Source: Syncephalis fuscata S228 (taxonomy: Eukaryota; Fungi; Zoopagomycota). From it: a stretch of 32,056 nt of DNA. Both the position numbers and the translations under genes were made by a program. The notes beneath the pieces are model-generated. The model ran no database searches. It was not told the DNA's origin and worked only from the letters and a program-made list of their open reading frames with translations. Positions 21,632 through 32,056 of this stretch are shown here, one piece after another; positions within the stretch are counted from its first letter, which is position 1; every line of letters starts with the position of its first letter. Location of the stretch: assembly GCA_025786725.1 (NCBI GenBank), contig JAHLTZ010000082.1, forward strand, positions 1 to 32,056, read 5' to 3'.

Positions 21632-23703
21632 ATGAATTTACGCACTAATAATGGATGTTTATGGCAAAATCACGACATTTTATTGTATTTGTGTCAATTT
21701 ATCGATGGCCAAGAATTAATACTTTTTGCAACCAGCTGTCGACTTATTTATCAAACAATAGTTGATCGGCCTGATTATTGGGAACGACGATATAAAAGTG
21801 TATTTTCATTAGGTGATCGACGTGAACAAGAATGGCTTACATGGTATAATTGGCACATTAATCCTACAACAAACTTAAAAAAATCTATACCCGATTTAAA
21901 TCAGGCAAAACAAAAACATTTATTATCACCTGTCATTACAAATATTAATACTACTGATAATGGATACGCATTATCTACTAGTTATTTGCAATACATTCCT
22001 AATTTCGATGCCACTCGATGGTTTTATGCTTATCAAAGACGTCGACAAACCAATAGCAACTTTATGGCAGGCCGATTCAAAAAGCAAATATGCCAATTTC
22101 CAATCGATGAACACGCTGGACTAGAATTATTTGAGGTAAATCCTTGGTATGCATTATTATTAGACAAGAACGAGGATAGACTTTGGTCAATTCAACATGA
22201 TGTCTTTAGCAAAAAAAATAAGGACATCAGTAATGGATTGGCATGGAAGGAATTGAATATTCCATTGCCGCCATCTTTATTTGAATTCAAAGACGCGATT
22301 TCCTATGGCTATGGGTTACGTCGGTTTGTTGTGGCTTCCGTTGTTTTAATGACATATGACGACGTGGCGCCTGTGGCTATTGGCGATCCAATAGGTAAAT
22401 AATAAACACCAACACTAATTATTATGTCACATATTTATTAACACCATTAAAAATAGTAAATATAGATGAATTGGAAGCACGGTATATTAGAGAAAATGAA
22501 TCTAAAGTTTTTAATACTTTAAATGGACGCACTAATATTCCCTCGGCCATTACACTCTTAAATGAACGAGAAAGTGACTTGCGCAAAGCCGTTCTAGTAT
22601 GGCCTAATACTGGCAACTCATCTCCCAGTATTATTTATCTTGGACACGGATATCAAGACGGAGGAAAGGAAGAGAAACACTATCTTTCTGACATTTATAA
22701 TGAATGGGTGCTTTTTCGTACTGGTTATCCACTGTATCCATACCAGCAGCTTGATTTATTTGATTTGGATGGAAACCAATGGATAAAAGGACCAGAGTTA
22801 GGTGATTATAGTTTATCTTCTTGTATCCAGTTTGCTTCTTGCAACCAATGCCAATTTCTGGTGTGTAAAATGGTACATGAAGCTAAAAAGCCTGATTCTG
22901 CCTCTATTTTTATAACCACTCAAGATTCACAAGCTGTTAAAAGTGATTATCAATCATCTTACATTCGATGGGAGTTATTTAACGCTTTAAAGGGTCAATC
23001 TCAATGTGAAGTAATATTATCGAATCAAATTACCATTCTATACTGGCCAAACGCCACAATTCAGGTCAAGACATACACAGAAAGAATGTGTATAATTACT
23101 GTAGATCATTCGAACTATAATGAATACGGCATTGACGGCAGAGGATTAAATATTTTAATGTTGTTTTTTGTATTTGGAAAGGATGCAGCGAACACTTCAT
23201 CACAATCATTATTTGACGCTAGAGATTACGGCGAACTACTGCCAATTGACAGTTCAGACCAAGGACATATACTATGGAGTCGGCATATACATAATGGCTT
23301 TTTTACAAACCTCTATAGTGAAAAGCTGATTATTCTTCAAAACAATGAAACATTTGATGTACTGGATGCTCGAGATGGAAATCTGTTGCGTTCAATTGCT
23401 TGTCCGTTCCGCGCAAAACTTACTCCATTTCTTGGATCTCTATGCGAGCTGTTTAGCTGGGATTACAAAGAAAATTGGTATATTGATATGCGCACTGGCC
23501 GTATTTACAAACCACCAGCTTGTCTTACTAGCAGAAAAGCCAAGGACGACACTAAAGATAGATTTGCAGGTCCCATTGAAGTGTCGCATTTACCGGCTGC
23601 CAAAAAAGACAGGACGTGGAACTACCCGGAATACAAGGTATCAAACGCCGTTATTAATAGAATTAATATAAAAGATGGGCAATACGAAGCATATATGTTA
23701 TAA
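21632..23703 (+). CDS. F-box-like domain protein, two exons (intron 22395 to 22456 or 22465)
   Basis: N-terminal HDILLYLCQFIDGQELILFATSCRLIYQTIVDRPDYWERRY fits the F-box pattern. A phase-1 GTAAAT...TAG intron joins the two long ORFs. The C-terminal region looks beta-rich but I do not recognise it. Confidence 0.75.
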
Positions 23704-24127
23704 ATAAAGCTTTATTTGCAAACATTGATACATTTAAACTAAACCTTCGATCTATTGAACATGATGATAAGTGATAAGTAGCATCAATCATCAAAATACT
23801 CATCATCATAGATTTACTATCTAGTATGTATATATCCAGTATATATATAGTACTTTTAAGCATAATTATGTTAATTTGGATTGTGTACTTGATATTATGT
23901 TGTTTGATTTCTATCTATCCTGGGTATATAGCCATAATTTATAACACTAAAGAAACATTAGAATTAATCAATAGTAAAATAAATCTAATAAAAATCAATT
24001 CACCTCTTTTTTAAAATACTTGCTGCTTTGTTGTTCTTTTAACAAATACGTTGGTAGAATATCGCCTGTTACTTTATATATACTAAGAACAGCCACAGTC
24101 ATCCTATAGCATAGTACCTATTAAAGT

Positions 24128-25397
24128 ATGAATATTCTTCATCATAAAAGGCAAGTTAAATGCTGTTAAACAACAGGCATTAGATAGCTTATATGTAAGT
24201 TTAGTTGGCACGTTTACAATGCAAAGAATCGTGAACGAGTTCGACAAGATGAAGAAAAGGCCCAGGCCGAAGAAGACAAGAAAAAGGAACGAATTCAGAT
24301 TGCCGTAAGTATTTATTATCTACATTAGTACTAAATAACTCTATAATAATAGGAACGAGAAGATCGGCTAACGCTATTACGAGCCAAAGCTGCAAAACGC
24401 TATGGAACTGCATCAACAGATATTACGAGTAACGGCACAGAGGACGCCTCTTTTATTGATACTAGTACTGTCGAATTATCTATAGTAGAAAGCAATATAG
24501 TCGATGATGTACAGTCTAGTAGCCAAGATATTCATTCCAACAAACTACCCTCTAGCACAAATCTCGAACATATTAACCTGTTCAAAGAGGAAGAGGAGAA
24601 AGCAGCAGCAGCAAACAATAAAGAGGCAGTTAAATCATCCAAATCAACGCCCGTTAAACCTATGCCCAATGATTGTTTTGGTCAACTTGTTAAAGGTAAG
24701 TTATTATATGTGTTTATTACAATTAAATAATAATTTTATATTAGGCCGTGAACCGTGGTATATACATCGATCAACAACCATCAAATCAACAAGTGAAAAT
24801 GATAGTAATAGAAGAAAATCACGGCTTTCAAGGTAGGCTATTTTAATGAATACCAACTGCGATTTAATCTAATAAATATGCATTTGTTATTAGACCCGTT
24901 ATTGCTCCTTCAATGATGCTGGAAGATCCTATGACGAGCATGCGCCGTCATCGTAACCGTAATGGGAACGAACATAAAACAAAACATGCATCTAAAACTA
25001 TTGATACTAAAACTGCTACATCAACTGGGTCGGTAAGTAGTTGTGATTAAATTGTGAATGTTGCTAACACACTATAAAGGGGGCAATAGAATCAACCAAG
25101 AGCAATAGCATTCAACAGTTACGAAAAGAGCGACTTGAACGGGAAAAGAGAGAACAAAAGCGTGCCAATGAACTATTAGGCATTGGACCAATTAGACTGA
25201 ATGAACGCGATGCAATCTATCATTCACAGTATAATCCAGAATTGACACAACATGCACATCGTCATAATTCCCGACCATCATCATCTTCAACAACGGATAG
25301 GAATGCAAGTCGATCGCATCGTTATTATAATGATCGTGATCATAAGAGTCATAGAAAGACACAATCACGTCGATCACGTTATCATTCTGACCATTGA
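24128..25397 (+). CDS. LENG1: LENG1-like spliceosome-associated protein (CIR N-terminal domain), multi-exon
   Basis: Spliced N-terminus MNILHHKSWHVYNAKNRERVRQDEEKA, internal HINLF and PWY, LRKERLEREKRE, YHSQYNPEL. The first intron (24151-24204) is GC-AG. Confidence 0.8.
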
Positions 25398-25428
25398 CCA
25401 TATTAAGATTACTTTATTAATGAAGAAA

Positions 25429-28257
25429 TTACAGATGTAGCTTCACTGCTTGCATAACACGCGCCACTAGTTCAGCCTTTTTAGTATTATTTGTAGATTG
25501 TTTACTAATACCGTGTAGATAGCCTTTCAGTTGCTCCACTGTCAACTAAATAGCCATTTAAAGAACAAAATAAATTACTATTGTATTTTTTAACATGAGT
25601 AATTATTAATTTACCTGGTTTATCTTGTCCATACGTGCCAGTTGGAGTATATGATCATGGCTTACAACGTCTTTCTTCGTCTTATTAACCCGTAGATTAC
25701 CATCAGCATCATACTATTGTCTAATGCCTAAGTGTTGATCATTGATTGCGTGGTCTTTTAACTAACCTCGGCCTTTCGTTTCATCAAGAAAACATAATGG
25801 TCCAGATCAATTTGAGATTTAAATTGACGTACTAAATCACCGATTCTCTATTAAAACGGCATAAATACTAATGTTAATAGCAATAATGTGGTAGAAATAC
25901 CTGAGAAGTTCCTTTAGTGTATTTTAGCATTCTATTGGCTGGTTCTGGTATATCTCGGCCTAAAGCTACAGCTTTGAGCACTTCATTATGTCGCTGTATT
26001 ACTAAAGTAATTAAATGTTAGTAAATAAATAAATACAGATGTATCTATGTATGTATATATGTACCAGGATTATTAAACATATCAGCTTGGAAGCTTTGTT
26101 TAAGAGCCAATTTACTGATTATTCTTTTAACTAAATCAATCTGTTCTTCTGATGCTATTGGTTATTAATAGGTATTGGCAATTTAGTATGTTATATCGCT
26201 ATTGTATTGATGTATACCTTCGATAGGTGTATTTACAGGTATATGGCGAATAGCATCACTAAATGGCAAAGTAATAATATGAAAGCCTGGCGGTTCCACC
26301 TGACCGTAATCATCAACCACTTCTAACTGTATTATAACTGTGTTAGTAGTATACTAGTTGCTACTATTGGTAATTATACCTGGGGTAATAGTGCAACCAA
26401 ACGTGGTCCTGAGTATTTTTTCATAATTAAACGGCAAATAGCCACGTATTTCTTTTCAGCGAGTGTTCTTAACAGTGCTGTAAATGTTGTTATACTGCCT
26501 TGATAAGTCTATTATTTATTAGTTCGTCTATCTATTATTTATATAGTGTTTTACCGCTTCATCAGGATAGGCAAAATACGGTGGTGACACTGTATGGTGT
26601 AGCTTAAGAGAGTTTTGTGGTTTAAATCCCAATAAACGTATACCTATGATAGAATAAGCTATATTAAATTAAATAAGCCAATCTACTGACCAGGTTCACC
26701 AAATGTTATCATTTGTTCTAATTCTTGTTTTGTGAACACAACCTATAATTATTCATTAAATTAATAATTATAATTGCCCTTTAATACTAATATACTACCT
26801 TTTCTCCACCAAACATATAATAATAATGTACTTGATCTTTATCAACATGCGTATCGGTATTCTAGTAAATATATCCAATAATAAACATAACATTTAATTA
26901 TATATATATAGTAGCTTACTTTTATGACTAACTCTGTCTTTGATTGTACATTATAGGCAAACCCATCATTAAAATAGAAAGGTCTACTCTTTTGCTTATT
27001 CTGTCTATCCAATAGTTTATATCTAATAAATGATTATAAATGAATATTAGTAAATGGTAAAATATCTACCTACATGCTAACACCAATTGTTAAACGGTCA
27101 GTTAAAGCAAAAGGAAGCTGCATCTGAGCGCGTTTTTTAGTCATTCGTCGCTTCACTTTAATAAGCAACTCTTTATATTGGTTGGAAACTGGCATTTCTC
27201 TCCACATATCGCTATGATCGTTATCGGCATCATTTAAATGTTTTGAAAGAATGGTCTAATATATATCAGTATGTAGAATCCATTTAATACAAATCTACCC
27301 ACTTTATAGAACTTTAACGGATCAAATCGTGAATCTAAAGAACTTAATTGAAATAGTTCAATTCGAATACCTGAACTATAAAGGCTCTAATGGGGTCTAT
27401 TAGTAGTATATCATCAAATGGTAATAAGCCTTACACTAATCTGTTCATGAATTATTTGCTGTGATTCAGGCTGAGATGCATGAGGTGTAGCATTATTTGT
27501 CATAAGAAATATCCGTTTAGTGCCTGTATATTGTTCGCTAGTTTACAGGTAATTATTCTAATGCATATTACCAAATACTAATATCAGCTGTATAATTACC
27601 TAGTAGGAAATACATTTTGACATACTTTAAGCACATCACCTAAACTACTGTCTGTTGTGGCAACTTGGCCAACAATTTGTTCGATCTTTTGAGGATCTAT
27701 ATAGTTAATTATTAATAACTGATATGTATATAAATATATATACTGCTAAATAACATAACTAAACAGTTAACTTACTGTTGGTAAACACTTCTAATTGTTT
27801 AACTTGCTCAGCACTTGATTCTTCCAAGTCTTGTAACAAGTAGATATGCTCAAACATCTCTTTATTACTACTCTCCAGCTATACTCATTATTATTGATAA
27901 CATTATATACGTCAAATAGCGTCAGTATGCATTAAATAAGTAAATATGCAATTTACCGTGCCATAGAATAAAATACCTATACGCTCTGTATTACTCTTAG
28001 GTAGCTTATCCAGCAATACAGTGCTTGCACAGCGTAAAGCGAATAAAAAAGGTATTTCGCCGTACTTATTGGCTTGTCTCATAGCGGTAGAGGCATCGAT
28101 AACAAATAGAGTGCAGTCTACACTACGTATATGTATCTGTAATACGATGCTTAGCTGGCACACTATTATTGTATACGCCAATTACCTGTTGCTCTTCGGC
28201 AACCGTCTCTTCAATATCAGTTGCTTCTTTAAAACTAAATTCTTGAGATTCAGTCAT
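25429..28257 (-). CDS. KU70: Ku70 (NHEJ DNA end-binding subunit), many short exons
   Basis: vWA start DCTLFVIDAS...IGILFYGT; core GIRLLGFKP, FAYPDE, GSITTFTALL, PRLVALLPQ, PPGFHIITLPFSDAIR; C-terminal SAP domain LTVEQLKGYL...KKAELVARV. Confidence 0.93.
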
Positions 28258-28362
28258 GTTTAAAAAGAATAAAATAGAAAATTTATACAGATACATTCAT
28301 GTAAAATAGATTTATTATTATTATTTATAGCGTCAGTGATAGGTCAGCGTACTTTTAGTCAT

Positions 28363-28852
28363 TTAAACGGCTTCTGCCTTTTCTAATCTCTTTGTCAGTT
28401 TTGGCATAGGCTTCTCGTTTGACTTTAAGTTTAAATTACGACGAGCGGCCACCTTCTCTTCCAACACGCGCTTTAACCGAACACCGGCTTCACTGGCCAG
28501 TTTATCGTCGCGTGTCTTTAACAAATAATTATCGAGTCCGCCTTTTTTGTCAATAGTACGCAATGCAGCGGCTGTCACTCTGAATCGAACCATACGACCT
28601 AGAATATCTGAATAAAGACGTTTGTTTTGTACATTGGGTAGCCATGTACTAATAGTAATAATAACAGTAGTAGCAATGGCGGCGATGTTAGATTAATACG
28701 TATATTAGCTGAATCTATACTTACCGCCGTGTCTTTTTCAGTGAGAATGGTTTGTTATTACCAAATTGAATGTGCTTTCCATCAAATAAACCACGCTGTG
28801 CACGCTTAAATGTGTTGACCGCGTTGGCGTAAAGTGTAAGCGATGGCTGCAT
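28363..28852 (-). CDS. Mitochondrial ribosomal protein bL28m (yeast MRPL24-like); intron 28649-28724
   Basis: FKRAQRGLFDGKHIQFGNNKPFSLKKTRRTWLPNVQNKRLYSDILG...VTAAALRTIDKKGGLDNYLL. Confidence 0.93.
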
Positions 28853-29023
28853 GTTGTGCTGCTGTAGTCGTTTGTAGAAAATAAATGGAGGAAAAATGTT
28901 GTAACAGCATCATTTATGTTTTCACTAGTTTTACTAACTACTCCTCATTGTGTATTGACACTAATTCCCTACTAACACTGTTTCTCCTTTCTTTGTTATA
29001 CATCTACACTGCTATTACTCAAT

Positions 29024-30038
29024 ATGAAGTAGTAAGTGGCGATTAAGCGTATTTATTTGAGTGGTAGACTTTAATGATTATTTACAGTCTACTTGGACCG
29101 TTGACACTACTGTTTGTTTGGTTAACAACCTGTTGTGTATGGGCAGCCACAAATATTCAAGGCTCTATCGTGCGTAATGAAGCTATTCCCGGTATGTATG
29201 AACAAGTATAGCCGTGGTATAGATATTAAATAGAAATACGTGTAAAATATTAGAACTATCTCTTCTATCTTCTTCAACGTTGGTAGTTTTGGACAATGGC
29301 AATCATGTAGGTCATGTTCGACAGGATGGCAGTTTCGTCATGTAAGCTTATTTGAGTATTGGTATTACAATTGAGTTAATAGCCATAAATTATTACGTAT
29401 TACGTATTGTATATTAGACCAATGGTAGCAGACGGTGATTATTTACTCGAAGTATGGACTACTAGTCTTGAATTCCCCAGAGTATGATTCATACAATATA
29501 TATATAGCTTTTAATCAACTAATTCATCATATTTATAGATGAAGCTATCGGTCAAGCAAGGTGTTGTTTATCCTAGTGTAACAGAAGTAGGCGCAGACTG
29601 GTCAAGTGCTGGTCCAGAGCTGCCTTATCCATTATTGCTGGTACCTCGCGGCAAGCGTCAATTCTTTACGGTAATAACAATAACAACAATTGTTTGTTCG
29701 CTGTTCTAATATGAAATTGTTAATTGTAGAAACGAGAAGGATTTAGCATTCTTGGACTGTTTGCCAATCCATATATGCTTATGATGGGCTTTAGTGTTAT
29801 TATGTTAGTAGTGATGCCCAAGATGATGAAAAGTATGGGTAAGTATTAGAAATACTACTATCTATTTAGTTGCTAATTAATTAACATTAATTAATAACAT
29901 TATTCTATTGATGTGTATCTATTAGATCCTGAAGCATTACAAGAAATGCAACAGAATCAAAATAATATTCAGAATAGTCTTGAAAATATGCCAGATATTT
30001 CACAGAAATTGGCCAACTTTTTTGCACCTAATTCATAG
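29024..30038 (+). CDS. EMC7: ER membrane protein complex subunit 7, multi-exon
   Basis: Signal peptide, GHVRQDGSFVI, GDYLLEV, QFFT-KREGFSILGLFANPYMLMMGFSVIMLVVMPKMMKSMDPEALQEMQ. Confidence 0.88.
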
Positions 30039-30288
30039 CGAACAATCTCTAGCGAACAATCCCCAGTGAACACTTCATAGTAAATAAATACTGTGCAATG
30101 ATTGGAAGTGAACGCGAATGTGTAGCAATCGATGATTGGCCAGTATAGAGCCATATCTGCCCTTGACTCCTTTTAAACTGTTACTTACGCTTTTACCATT
30201 ATTTCTACACACCTCTACTTCATACGCCGCCGTTTATCGACTAGCTACAGCTTCTATTTTTCTAACTTGATTCTACGTCTTTACTACA

Positions 30289-30714
30289 ATGTCGGATCAC
30301 GCCGAATCATTTCTCGATGAACCACGTCAGTTCATCAAGGAAAGCCAACAGCTATTGAAATCGCTGCACTAAGCCGGATCGTAAAGGTATGTCAGTTTGC
30401 ATGTTCTTGTAGAACATGCGACTGTAAAGTTCTAGCATTAATAGTAGTATTATAGAATATATCAAGGTGGCACAGGCTGTTTCTATGGGCTTTTTCGTTA
30501 TGGGCTTTATTGGATTCTTTGTCAAGGTATGTATAAAGATGAGCGTGTCAGTCAATTGTCTTAATATTAATATGTTATTTATAAATATGTCTGTGGTATA
30601 ATCTAGCTTATCCATATTCCAATCAACAACATCATTGTGTAAGTGAATGTTTAAGCTATTAATATTAGAGCTAATTATTATATTTATATTATTATTATTA
30701 GTGGTGGTGCCTAA
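30289..30714 (+). CDS. SSS1: Sec61 translocon gamma subunit, 4 exons, apparent +1 A at 30358-30360
   Basis: MSDHAESFLDEPRQFIKESQQLL[N][46 protein letters not shown]. As written the frame stops at 30370-30372; removing one A restores it. Confidence 0.92.
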
Positions 30715-31147
30715 GTAAAATGCAAAAAACAGACATAATTAAAGTTCAACTTAAAATGCATTTTATTTAGCGCTATAATTAACTAAATGAATATTGTTTA
30801 AGCCATTGATTTAAATATCTTAAATATTTTAAATGAATTAAATTAAAGATTTAAATCAAATATGGATAATTTAACTGAAATAGAAGATGTAGATTTAATA
30901 TGCATGCACTACACAACACAATGTGATAATAACACTAGGGACATGAAATATGCATAGTAATTATAATAACTAAATGAGACTCTATTGTATGAGAGGACTG
31001 ACAGTATATGAATGGAATAGATTACGAGCACACCCATCGTAATCTAGACCAAAAGCTATTGTTTCAATGATGATGATGATGATATTGACAATGCTGATAT
31101 TGACAATGATGATATTGCTGTTGTATTGCTAATGCCAATAGTTGCCA

Positions 31148-31967
31148 TTATAGGCGTAGGTGTGCACCTAGTGCATTGACTTGACGGCGATCTTCATCAC
31201 TACGTGGTTGCCATAAATTGTTGATATGACCAGCATGAGAGCCATAGTGAGCATTGTTGTTTGGTGAGCGTTCTCGGTAGTCGCGCATTGATGCATTCGT
31301 GTCATTGCAGTCGTTATGTGTATACGTATGAGCGGTGGTCATCATAGGCAGTAGAATTCTTGACTGTCCAATGCAAGGACTGTTTGTGTAGCTGATGCTC
31401 ATTTGCTGTAAATCATAAGCGCTTGGTGTAATAAATGCTACAGGCGTTGGTGGCAACAATGCCATACCTAAGGGTGCAGTGTGCAACGAGACAGTCGCTG
31501 CGGTAGGTGAGAGTGGAGCAGTGGTAACGCAGCTAGCATAAGCGTGGCCAGGCACAGATGCTAGGCGTGGCTGATGTAGCAGAACAGCCGGTGTTGTAGG
31601 CGAATGTTCAGGTGGAGTAAGCGGTGGCGTGCTAGCCATTTCCCAGACGCGTTCATTATACATCATTGTAGAATCGTGCGTATTACCTTCTGGCATTTGA
31701 CCATGATGATGCCACGACGACGGCGATGGCTGTGGAAGCGGCAAGTGCCATTCTTTCTGTGGTGGGCTGCGTGGTGCCTGTTTCGGTGATGGTACACGTG
31801 GACTCGACTCGCGATACACTGATCTAGACGACCTATAAGATAAATCGTGATCATGTTCGCTGGAAGAAACAGGTATCATGCTATGCGCGAATTGTTGGGG
31901 TAGCATCTGCTTTGTGTCATGAGATGCTGCATGTCTGGGGAAAGCATATTCGTTATGGCCGAATGAC

Positions 31968-32005
<38 letters not shown>

Positions 32006-32056
32006 TAGTTGTAGTTGCTGCTGCTGTAGTTGCTGCTGCTGCTGTTGTAGTTGCTG
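31148..32056 (-). CDS. C-terminal part of a polyQ, Pro/Ser/His-rich protein, probably a transcriptional regulator (possibly Gti1/Pac2 WOPR family); 5' end outside window
   Basis: Frame open from 32056: QQLQQQ...SFGHNEYAFPRHAASHDTKQMLPQQ... ending RSDEDRRQVNALGAHLRL*. This tail recalls the ED-x-R-x-L C-terminus I remember from Pac2-like proteins; no DNA-binding domain is visible in the window. Confidence 0.6.
31967..32056 (-). repeat. Coding CAG/CAA repeat (polyQ interrupted by Leu)
   Basis: (ctg/ttg)n on the + strand up to the window edge. Confidence 0.95.

Noticed and set aside
31068-31125. gat/gac-rich repeat as a coding acidic tract
   Set aside because: Lies just past the stop of the minus-strand polyQ gene with no supporting ORF; simple repeat.
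1-32056. tRNA, rRNA or transposase/RT genes
   Set aside because: No recognisable cloverleaf, rRNA motif or TE protein motif by eye; a covariance-model scan was not possible.

Overview
AT-rich, intron-dense eukaryotic DNA with short GT-AG introns of about 45-80 nt. It is most consistent with an early-diverging fungus; the secreted kinase-like and F-box-like orphans suggest a Zoopagomycota mycoparasite such as Syncephalis (inference only). I can support about 16 protein-coding genes. The left end (1-3565) holds three paralogous proteins with LPMO-like copper histidine-brace hallmarks: the two with visible N-termini have a signal peptide followed by His1, and all three have a second His and an E-x-Y-x-x-C motif. 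Two of them carry a CBM52-like beta-1,3-glucan-binding module, one hidden behind a frameshift. Next come an alkaline ceramidase-like gene, a secreted pseudokinase, an M16 metallopeptidase, APC2 head-to-head with a probable securin, a GPI-type Cys-rich protein and an F-box-like protein. A compact housekeeping block follows (LENG1-like, Ku70, mitochondrial bL28, EMC7, Sec61-gamma), then the 3' part of a polyQ protein. Several small indels, including one in essential Sec61-gamma, suggest homopolymer errors in the assembly. I found no rRNA, tRNA, CRISPR or intact transposon.
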